Origin: Paraspadella gotoi
Lineage: Eukaryota; Animalia; Chaetognatha
Direction of reading: 5' to 3'
Assembly: GCA_051294375.1 (NCBI GenBank)
Contig: CM119267.1
Span: forward strand, 19,605,546-19,669,545
DNA length: 64,000 nt
Positions 25,973 to 36,588 of this stretch are shown here, piece by piece; positions within the stretch are counted from its first letter, which is position 1, and the number at the start of each line of letters is the position of its first letter. A model generated the notes under the pieces. It was given only the letters and a program-made list of their open reading frames with translations. It was not told the origin of the DNA and did no database searches. The position numbers and the translations under genes are program-made.

Positions 25973-28900
25973 ATGAATTTGTCGACCGAGAGTCCGTACG
26001 GTCAGGGAGGGAGCTCGGCCTCGTCCGCCATCGACGGAGAAGACTCGATATTCGATCGTGGATTGACGGACTTTATGGACGGACCCTCGTCGGGTAAGTG
26101 GCGACCTAGCAACGCTTGTTCTTTCCTCCAATCTCGTCGCCATTAACATTTTGTGGTCTTTAATCCATTTAGCCTCACCTATTAAAAAGCCGTCGGGTCA
26201 ACCTCCGACCGTCAACGGAAGTCACAACAACGGAGGGACCGGAAACGGTAGTTCCAGTCAAAACTCCGGCAGCACCACCCCCAATGTGCCTCTAAGCTTC
26301 TCCGCCGTCGATTTGAGTTCGTTTTTGGATATTAAAATATTTCCCGTGATATTTCGTCATTGATTATTAAATATAATTACTCAGGCTCTCACAACGCCGG
26401 CTACTCTAACCGGTCGTCGGCCACCCCGCCACCCGCCACCGCCGCCCACCCGCCTCACGCCGATCCGTCGGCAGTCCGCGTTCCCGGCGCCCTTTCCGGC
26501 CAAAGACCGGCCGTCGGAGCTGGGATGACCCGTTCGATGACCATGCCGCCCACGGGTAAGACTGGGGTGATATGGAATGAGGGAAATTTAGAACCGATTG
26601 AAAATAGTCTCAGAACAAAAAGTTAGGAATGCGATATATAAAAAAAAAATTGACACTGTTCTTAACTGCCGTAATTACTTAATACTTTTGAGACTCCATA
26701 TGTGCTAATTTTCATGTCGCCAAGTTTTAAAAGGTTTATTAAACCCAAAACCTTCAAGAATGCTGGAGTTCTTCCAAGTGTCTTAAACGCGACTTCAAAT
26801 CGTAAATACCAGTTACAATACTACTTTAGTTACTCGCGGTTCTTTCCGGAATCGCAAGTAGTGTAAATTATCCAATCTACCCAAAATTCTGCGGACAAAA
26901 CGAGAAAACAAATCAAAACGAATCGTAAAACAAACTCGGATTTGATCTGATTCTGCGGGTGACCCGCCGCCCGAAAGCATGGAAGCTCTCGTGCACCAAG
27001 TAATTAAATCGGACGATGAGAACAGCAATGGTTTTTCGGGCAAATCAATTTGGTCGTTGTAAAATCAGTATTCTGTCCCAGATTTCGCTTCAAAGCGAAC
27101 TGACCCCGGAAAAGATCCAACGCATGCTCGATCAGGTCCCTTAGCGTCTTTAATTCGATTCCTCGACCGTTTCCGCCGTCATTCTCTGGGCTTCCTTTGC
27201 AGATTCCCATCTATGACGAAGACTTGGCAGCGAAGCTCAAGATTGAGTCGAATAGAGTTGAACTCGAAGGGGTGAGGTTGTCTTGAATACATATATATAC
27301 ATAGCATACCATATAATTGAATTCCATACAATATAATAGGCATAATAGACAACCATAATAACATTTCTCCACTAAATCCTCCCTCGCTCATCCTGTTCCG
27401 TCTTTCGGTTTCCTCGCTTGAAGGAGACATCGATTCGGAACGACATTACTTCGGCTCTGAGCCAATTGCCGGAACCCGATGTGGCCCACGACCACGATTC
27501 GCCCCGTCAGGCGTCCAGCGATTCCATGGTCACGGTGGCGCGACCGACCTATTTGCCCACCGAGGAAGAGCTCCTAAGACTGTACCGCAGCATTCCCGAT
27601 GGAGTCGACGAAAAGGGGGCGGGAGAAATGTTGGGCGCATCGGCCGCCGAATCCGACGACAGGAAAGTCGAGACAAACGCCGACATTTAAGTTATTTTAA
27701 CGTCTAATGGGCTAAATTTTACTTTCGCCGACCACTTAAAGTATTCATTTAAAAAAAAATAATTTAAAAAAAATATTACCCTAATAAATAAACTAACCCT
27801 AAACTACCCTTAACCCTAACCCTTCCCTAACCCCGGTCGGCGAAAGTAAAAGTAACCCGTATAATGAATAAATGATAGACTTCCCATCGCGTACAACATG
27901 TAGCTTGCGCGTGTTTCCTTCGCCGAGTTTCGACAATGCAATAGAGGAATGCTTCGGCGAATCGAGAAAAGACGCGAAACCAGTCAAGGTTTTACGGAAA
28001 GGGTTTGCGAGTGTCTTATAATTATATAGTCATCCGAAACTCGAACGAGGAAGAACGACACAGCTGCTTTTCAAATCGTTAGACGAGCGCTTTGCCTACC
28101 TCTTCCATGGCCCCTGGAGTTAACGTTCCCGACAGACGATTGAAAAAAGGACGAAAAAAAGTCACTTTTTCTTTGGGTAGGGAAAGGGATAAAGAAGATA
28201 AGGTTTTGCCTTGACTCGGAGATCACTAGACCGCTTTTGTCTACTCCACCTATAACTGGACCTAAATCGATTTAATTTTTCATTAAGGTCCGGGGATCAC
28301 TCAATTCAAATAATAATTAGGCTAAAACCGAGCTCGGATTTCGAAAGGAGAGCTCCTGACGATTCCGAAAATGTATTCACTTTACTATTTTTTCAAAGCG
28401 TCATCGTTTTTTCGATTTTTTTTGGTACTATATAAAATAAAAGAAACCTATTTGAGAGTTGCAGCCCAAACGGTAATGCGGTTTCTCATGAAATTTGGCA
28501 TGAATTACCTTTAAGTCACGAACTCCAATTCTATGAAAAGATACTTTAAAAATTTGCCTTCCTTCATATAAAATTTGATTATTTTAAAAAATTTTTGGGA
28601 TCAATTCCTTGATATCTTTGAAACGAAAAACATTTTTTCAAAAACGCGCTCATAGAATCTCCCCCACCTTTCCTTTCTTGCCCAAGATATTTTTTTCTTC
28701 AAGAAGAGTCCAACGGTTTTGAGCTGCAACTCTTCGTTTTTAACTTCACTTCGTCAAGAAAGTCAAATTCTGTACTCATTAAACTCATTAAACATTTACA
28801 TAAAGTAAAAAGTCAAATTGAAATTAAAAATCGATAAGTTTTTTAAACTCATAAACCTCATAAAAGCATAAAAACCCATCTGGAGTATGTGTAAAGTAGT

Positions 28901-30876
28901 TTATTTTAGACTTAAGAGTGATACAACTCCAAGTATGTACTTGTACCAAAGGAAGAATTAAATATAAAAAGTAGAAATTGAGCTTACTGTAAAGAATCAG
29001 TTTTAAGTTAAAAATTTAGTTGTAGAAATTTAGCTTACATATAAAAAATTATTTTTCTCTGGAAAATCTAGTTTTACCGAAAAAAAAATTTTGTTTAAAT
29101 TTTTATGAACATTTTATGTAGATTTTTAAAAGTTTTCGATTATTTTTAAATAGAAAACCTCTTAAAAGATATGAGAAAGTGATTAAGATACAGGAAATTA
29201 AGATTTCTACAATTTTAGATTGAGTGATCCCTGGCCTTAAAAGCTATGCGGTTATATTTTTAAAATAATTAGTTAAAATCCACTCGTATCGAATCTTAGG
29301 AGGATAGGTTTTGTAATAGCTTAGCATGCGGAAATTTAAACGTGGAAAGGGCGATATTTCAGTTCCCGGATCGTCGCCACATAACCCGCATTTTCGGGGC
29401 CACCCACCCGTGGGGAGCAGCGGCAGCAGCAACGGTAGCAACGGATTAGCAGGTAAATAAAATACTGTGTGTTTCGTTAGAAATCGTCGTAAAATTGATA
29501 ACGTATATTTGTCGCTTCAGCATCGACAGAGCTGTCCCGATTCCAATCGAGGCTCGAGGACTTGCGTAAATGGAGCCTCTCGACCTACAAGTGTACTCGG
29601 CAGCTCTTGTCCGAAAAACTTGGCAAAGGCTCTCGGACCATCGACCCTGAGCTTGAGCAACAGATCGAGGTTAGTAAGAATGAATGAAGTAACGATTGAT
29701 TCGATGAATGATTGATAAAAATGAATGATTTATGTTAAAATTAACCAAGAGTTCGAGAAAGGCACTCTCGATCACTCGTCTCTCCAAATTACAGATTCTA
29801 CGCGAAACTCAGTTGAAGTACTTGAACGTGCTTCGTCTGGCGCGCGCCCTGTGGACTCACTTCAATAACGTGGTAATCACGCAGCGACAGTTGGCGGACT
29901 CTTTCTCCGAATTGGGACAAAAGTCGCCCGAGCTTCAGGAGGAGTTCACCTACAACGCGGAAACGCAAAAGGCCTTGGTTAGAAACGGAGAAACGCTTTT
30001 AGGTGATTGCTTTGCTTAGTTTTTTCCTGATTTAGAACTTGGACCATATTTTTTTTTCTCATGAAGTTAAGTGTTAACATTTTTTCATCTTTACATTTTG
30101 TAGGTGCACTTAATTTTTTCATTTCGTCTCTTAATACGTTATGCAACAAAACTATGGAAGATACATTGACGACTATTAAGCAGTACGAAAACGCTAGGTC
30201 AGTTTTGTTACGATTTTATTCCTGCCATACGTGTTAAGGTGGAACATATAGACTTGGCATATTCGTACAATCATACAGGATCGAGTACGACGCATATCGA
30301 AACGAATTAGAATCTGTGAATCCGTCAATCACGACGCAGCCTTCGGCAAGTTCAGCCCCTTCCCCGTCGAAAAGGGTAAGCGATAAGACGAAAATTCACA
30401 TTGTGTTCGTTAAACAGCTATATTTTCTTTTACCCGCCCCACCAAAAAAAAATATGTAGGATCCCGGGCTAGAATCGAAGATCATGGACACCCAAGAAAA
30501 CTTCAGCATCCACAAAGACAGATTCGAGAAACTTCGATCGGACGTGGCGATTAAGTTGAAGTTTCTTGACGAAAACAAAGTCGGTTGAGTTGTCAGATGT
30601 GTCCTGTCGCCTACGATTAATTTGCCAAAAACCAACTTCTCATTTCGCTCGTAGGTTAAAGTGATGCACAAGCAGCTGCTTCTCTTCCACAACGCTATTT
30701 CTGCCTATTTTTCCGGCAATCAGTCAGCTTTAGACGCCACTTTGAAACAGTTCAACATCAAGCTTAAGGTGCGTGACGATGTGGGTAGAGTTATCAGCGA
30801 ACTTACTTTTTTAAAGTAAGGGGTTTTGTTTCAGGTGTCTCCGGATAAACCTTCGTGGCTGGAGCAGAATCAGTGA
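25973..30876 (+). CDS. ARFIP2: Arfaptin (AH/BAR domain), 11 coding exons, ~449 aa
   Basis: Exons 25973-26093, 26173-26316, 26385-26555, 29363-29452, 29521-29669, 29795-30002, 30104-30197, 30279-30375, 30460-30579, 30655-30768, 30835-30876 join in phase. Arfaptin signatures: [73 protein letters not shown]. It could be a single ortholog of both ARFIP1 and ARFIP2. Confidence 0.93.
26979..27690 (+). CDS. Orphan acidic protein (~136 aa), 4 exons, nested in arfaptin intron 3 on the same strand
   Basis: Exons 26979-26999, 27082-27135, 27203-27271, 27424-27690, all phase-0 GT-AG, give [57 protein letters not shown]...ETNADI*. Confidence 0.6.
27709..27858. mobile_element. Small TIR element (MITE) with internal TAACCC-like repeats; second copy at 63680-63873
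   Basis: Perfect 17-bp inverted repeat TTTTACTTTCGCCGACC / GGTCGGCGAAAGTAAAA around an AT-rich core and (CCCTAA)-like motifs. Confidence 0.8.
28287..29236. mobile_element. Non-autonomous DNA transposon with TTAA TSD, Kolobok-like (GG...CC ends)
   Basis: TTAA|GGTCCGGGGATCACTCAAT ... ATTGAGTGATCCCTGGCC|TTAA; no internal ORF. Confidence 0.75.
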
Positions 30877-32031
30877 CATCACCTGACTTTGAAGGAGTGA
30901 CTGGTGTGTTTGGACTAAGTCATTTAACAGGGATCATCAATCGATGACTGAAACCAAAATCAAGAGAAAGGAAGATTTTTGGGCGAAGATATTGAATCTG
31001 GACGAGCGCGCCCGTCCGTCCCGCGGCCTCTTGACTTTTTTAGCAGCAATAATCGCTTTGGTTGTTAATGTAGTTTTTTCACCAAAATAGCTCATATCCT
31101 AAATTTTCAGGTCTTTTTCCCTCTCTCCCTCCCACAACCTCATTGCGTTATATAAACTAGAATCAGGTTGAAAAGCTCGCGAATGAAATGATTTAAAGGG
31201 AGCAATAGTTTGGACGGCTTTCTTCTCTTAGTTTCCTCGCACGCTTTGAAGTTCGTATTAGTTTGCAATTTATTATATTTTTTAAACGGAACGTCAGAAT
31301 TGGAAATCTAACGTTACCTCGAAAAAAGAACTTGCCTTACTTCAAATATTTGTTATACACTAAATTTTTTTTTTAAAGAGCCGTTGGTCGAGAAAGTTAT
31401 TCAATCATTGAATCAATGACTTTGTGCACCGTTAGCGCGGACGGGATGTTTCACTTTGGTGTATTATCTTAACGCGACCGTGAAAGTATTCTAGTTCTAG
31501 TCTCCTTTCCGTTTCATCCTTTTTTACGCGTCTAACTTATCTTTTCAAAAGCTTTCGAAATCGCTCGTACCCCAAATCTTTCGACGATCGTAAATGAAAT
31601 GTTTTTTTTCCTTTATTAACATGCACAAACTGCAACGCATTTATCGTTTCGCCCCAATAATCTCCTGTACAAAATCACATAAAAAAAAATTAAGTCAAAT
31701 TTAACAAAGTTTTTTGTTCCTAACGCTAATTGAACCTTGAGGAACGTGAGCCCGTGCCTTTTAACAGAAGCAAAAAGAGAACCAACAATTGGGTAACAAG
31801 GGAGAACTAGCTCGTTCATACAGGGTTCATTACCGCGAGAGTAACGATAGGAAGCGGGTGTACCAAAAAAAAAAAGTTTGTTTACGTTTCGAGTAAAAGA
31901 CGTTTCGAATTCCTCAAATAGAGTAGATAATAATTAAGATAAAATGAAGAGGATGATGATGAACGGGGGGGATCTAACCCTCCCGTTCGGATATGACTAG
32001 GAAGAAACGTGAGGGAATTCGCTAAAATATA

Positions 32032-32893
32032 TTATTGCGCGGTTTTGGCGTCGGCCGACTCGGCGCGCTGCGACCTGTCGCGGAAGAACTTTTCCTCGTA
32101 AGATCTGAGCAACTCTCTCTCTTCTTCCGAGTCGTCGTCGTCGTCGAAGTCATCGTCGTCGTCGTCCTCACGACCCGGCGACTCTTGCAAGGTGGTTTCG
32201 GCGTTGAAGGCGCTGGCGGTGGTGTCAACGGTGGCTGCGGAGGCGCTGTCGCCGTCCAACACCGGGAGCCCGTGTTCCGTGTTTCTCAGCTTCCACTTGC
32301 GCACGCGGCGGAGTATTTCGTCGGGATCGTCGGGATCGGTCAACTGAAGAATAAGAGATTAATCTATTAAATCTCAAATTAATTTTAGATTCAACAAAAT
32401 TGTACAAATTACAACCGTCAAAAAGCGCGAGGCAATGAAGGCGAGGACGCAGGAACCTAAAGCGACGCAACCGGCGAAGATGTAAAACGTTTCTTCGTCA
32501 AAAACATCCTGAAAACAAGAATTAAAAACAAACGGCTCGGGTAAAATTAAATTAAATTAATTATTACACATTTGAACAAATCGCTTATCCTTAAATTTAA
32601 ATCTTTGAACTCACCTTGAAGGCAGGTACTTTTCCCTCAGCGAGGGTGAGGAATTGTTTCCCTGCCTCGTGTTTCTTCTCCGCCTTGGACGCCACGTTGT
32701 GTTGGGATGGGTGATCCTTTTTGTATCTCTGTTGACGTTGCGATTGTTGCGTCGAGGCCGTCGGCGGGGGAGACGCCGAGCGCGACGACGAAAGGCCGTA
32801 GTGTTGCTCCACGAGACTACAGACGAGGATGACGGCGGCAGTGGTGAACAGGAGAATGCATATGAAGGTGATCGGACGCATGGTGAGGAACAT
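32032..32893 (-). CDS. Uncharacterised membrane protein (~228 aa): N-terminal hydrophobic segment, second TM, acidic tail
   Basis: Exons 32893-32615, 32508-32413, 32343-32032 (phase 0, GT-AG) give ...LAEGKVPAFKDVFDEETFYIFAGCVALGSCVLAFIASRFLTVLTDPDDPDE...DDDDDDFDDDDDSEEE... Confidence 0.75.
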
Positions 32894-34383
32894 TTGAGGG
32901 GGGCAGCCGCGGAGGGGCGCCGAAGACGGAGAGAAAGTGTTTCCTGAAAACCAAATTTTTTTTAAGACGCTGTATTCAAATGATTAATTACTGTATTTTT
33001 GTGAAAACTCGTCGGGGGTTTGACGAAACTAAAGATATAGAACAAAAATATCAAGGGAATCCAGCCCAAAAAAATGGGAGCGAAACTAACAGAGTAAGAG
33101 AATGAAAATTGAGAGATCGAAAAAGCAAGATGAAATCAGGAAGCAGTTGGCTGTTGCATGGTCGATGGATGAGGATCGAGTCGGAGCTTCGTTCGCACCT
33201 TCGCGTGAGGTGAATCGATATGGACAGCGGGTGGGGGGGGACAAGGAAAGCGAACTAAAGGTTTTATTTGCAATAATGAATGATTTAGATTTAGTTCCGG
33301 AAAAAAACAAATTTTACGTTCAAAATCACAGGGATCACAATGACAAGTGGCAATGGCAAGTTACCTCAATTTTTTAGAAGACTACATCGCCGACCAATCG
33401 GAGAGGGGTAGGGTCGGAAGAAAATTTAACGTAACAAGCGGATTACATCTTTTGTCGTCAGAATGGATTCTTTGTCCGAGTTTTATGACGAAACACGTTA
33501 AATCACCACAATAAAAAAAACAAAATTCGAGGTTTGTGGTCCGTGATGGCTTGCGATGCACGGCTCTTCACATACCGAATCGCGGTCTAACCGCGCGGAG
33601 ATCGCGCTTTCTTTCTGTAGGGACGATACTCTTTTGTTTAATTTATTGACGCGAGAGGGCGAAGGTGATTCGATATAGACTTCAAAAATAAAAAGTAAGA
33701 GCTCTTATCGGCTAAGAAAAAGTATATTAATATTAAATGTACGACGATATTAAATTGTTTTCAATAAGTATTTATTTGGAGAGTCCATTAAGGTTTAAGG
33801 CATTTCAGCCCTCGTACAAAAGCGTTTGATTAGGACAAGCAGTACTTCACTAAGCCAAATGGAATTAAGATTTTGCGACAACATTCATTTAATAAATAGG
33901 TTTTCTTGCCTCTGACTTCGGATTGGCTATGTAATTTTTATTATAATTATGCTATCCGAAAAAGCATTTTTAATTATTACTTCTAATTATTATTAGTATT
34001 GATAGACAAGCTGAAAGTGGAATTTCGCGATGCATTTTAAATATCCGTTCAATTATTTCCATTTTAAAAATTGACTGGCTTATTTTTACATTCGCCGACT
34101 GGGATTTTGCGGTCTTTTTTTTTTATTTGCCTCTTATGAGCGACGTATAAAATTAAATTAAAATTAAATTAAAATTAAATTAAAAATCTCGATATGCCAA
34201 AATAAAAAAAAACACTGGTAAAGGTAGAAAACTTTTTATTACAAATTCCAACCACCCCTAACCCTAACCACCCCTAATCCCTAACCAATCTTAACCCAAT
34301 TGCTAACTGTTTAAAAAATATAATATAAATTTGTTTTTCCTTTTTCTTTGTTTGTTTACGTACGAGTTTTATTAAGAAACAAA

Positions 34384-34430
34384 TTTTGGACACATTTCGG
34401 CTCCTATGTAAACCTTCATCAGCGCAAAAA
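34384..34430 (-). ncRNA. Minimal type-I hammerhead ribozyme-like motif (Penelope-like element remnant), copy A
   Basis: Minus strand: gcg CTGATGA a GGTT-tacatagg-AGCC GAAA tgt GTC caaaa. Stem III is degenerate. Confidence 0.55.
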
Positions 34431-34544
34431 CGAATTGATTTGAGAAACAAATATTTTTACAGACTCTTTCTCTCCCTCTCTCTTCAAACTTCAAAGTATT
34501 TAGAAAATATAAGTCAAAGAAAATATTTGTTTCAAATCTATTCG

Positions 34545-34590
34545 TTTTTGTGCTGATGAAAGCTTACACAAGCTGAAACATGTCCAAAAT
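34545..34590 (+). ncRNA. Minimal type-I hammerhead ribozyme-like motif, copy B (best preserved)
   Basis: CTGATGA(34553-59) A AGCTT-ACAC-AAGCT GAAA CATG TC: complete catalytic core, 5-bp stem II, palindromic CATG stem III, GUC cleavage triplet. Confidence 0.7.
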
Positions 34591-34801
34591 TGACTAATAT
34601 GATGCCTATGAATATACTATTTATAGTTTTTTTTTCCACTCCCGTTTTTGAACAACCTCCGATTTTTTTGAATGTTAATCATTACATTGAGGCGGTATCA
34701 AGCAGGTATTCAAAGAATCACTAACTAATCACTAAGCTGACAATTAATTAAATCGCAACTTTTCCTTGAGAGAAAATCTGCTTGTATTTCAAAACAAAAA
34801 A

Positions 34802-35732
34802 TCATTTTGGAGCCATGGATTTCTTCGCTCCCGGCGCCATCGACTTTTTCGCTCCCGGCGCCATCGACTTTTTCGCCCCGGGTGCCATGGATTTTTTAGC
34901 GCCCGGCGCCATAGACTTCTTAGCTCCTGGCGCCATGGATTTCCTCGCCCCCGGCGCCATTGACTTCCGAGCGCCAGCAGGCCCGCCCTTGGGTCCACTG
35001 CCACCACCATGACCTCCACCACCCCCATGGCCGGAATCGCCCCCTCCCGGGGCATGGGCAGCTGCTGGAGCGGCACCGCCTCCGGCAGCTCCGGCAGCTG
35101 CGGCAGGCGCCGCTGGGCCGGCGGCCACCGCTGGCGTGCCCGGGGCAGCGCCTGCCATCGCCATTGACCTCATCCCAACGTTGAAGCCGGCGTTGAAGGC
35201 TCCCGCGTAGCCCATCCCCCCTAAAGAGGTCCTTCCATTAAATGCGATTCAAATACGAAAATCTTTACGCTCAAAAGTCAATCGATCATCAGATGACATC
35301 ACCATTGTTACGTTCAAATACTGCGTCCGTTGCATACCAGAAGGAGGATAGTAGGGGAATCCTCTCGAGGCGCCGGCGCAGCAACCGCCGCCTCCACCTC
35401 CGCATCCCCCATCACTTCCGTTTCCGTAGATGACGATCGGAAGGACTGTGGTGCCTCCGGATCCGCCGCTACTTTGATTAGACGGGTAAGGGCAGCCATA
35501 CCCACCCTGATGTCCCAAAACTAATTTATATTATTTCCAAAACTTTTTTAAGTCTTCTGAGACAACTCACCCCGTAAAAAGCGGGCCTGGCCATTCCGTA
35601 TGGGCCGCAGGCTACTGGGTACGTGTCGTAAGGATAACAACCGTAACCCATACGTCCGGTGTAAAGGTAATCGGGGCAACGATAGACGGACGAGCAGGCG
35701 CCCATCGGATAGTTGGGATAGCAGGGATACAT
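34802..35732 (-). CDS. Cys/Tyr/Gly/Pro-rich low-complexity protein (~249 aa) with 7 C-terminal GA(R/K)KSMAP repeats
   Basis: Exons 35732-35571, 35506-35338, 35220-34802 join in phase (0, 1). Variation among the 24-bp repeats is mainly synonymous in this frame. Confidence 0.8.
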
Positions 35733-36588
35733 CTTATCCGGTATTACCAGCGGTGAAGAGAGAGGGAAGTTAAAAAAAAAAGCCCCTAGGATGAAACTCT
35801 TAGTCAATCCTAATCATTTTCGTTAAACCGAATCATTTTCGGGAAACTGGCTAATCAAATATGTGTATTGACCTATTCTACGCAATGAGCAAAGAAAACT
35901 TTTTTTCCTTCGAGAATAGGTTATATTAGAACGAACGTCCATTGAAACAAATACGAAGAAGTACATTTATGGAACATAATATTTGGAATATCGTAGGTCA
36001 GTATTCAATGCGACTTCTAACGTATGAATTCAGCTTTACCGTACAGTCTTAAAACAATGTAATCAAGGCTCTCTTATACCAAACCAGAGTATTTTATGAC
36101 TACGATAGATAAAACCAGGCATTATCGTAAAATGAACTATCTCTAGACCAAGATTTAAATCACGTACAGACTTAAAATAATAATCTAGACTAGGTAGAAA
36201 ATAATTAAGGAAGCGAATACATCAGCGTCTAACTCGTAACTGGATCCGAATAAATTTAATCGGGACAATCCCGACTTTTTCAAATTTGGTTTCTGAACAA
36301 ATTAAATCCGTCGAAACGGTAAAAAATCAGTTTACGAATTTGAGGGGGAAAAAGAAAATTCTAAACCCATAGCGGCGATCTGAGGGTAAATTCGGGTAAG
36401 TTTGAAAATAAATTTTATAGCATCGGCAAGGAAAGTCCGTACAATGTCGAAGTTGGGTCACACTCTTCCAAAAAAATAAGCTTTGAAAAGGAAAGCGTCG
36501 GGCGGTGCAAGGGTTATCACAATGACGAGTTGACTCGCGAGTCCAGGAAATTATTTGATTGTCATTTTCTTGTAAAAAGTTCATCTTT

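Noticed and set aside
34782-35012. Plus-strand ORF with (M/I)DF(F/L)APGA repeats
   Set aside because: Antisense shadow: nucleotide variation is synonymous in the minus frame but changes residues in this one.
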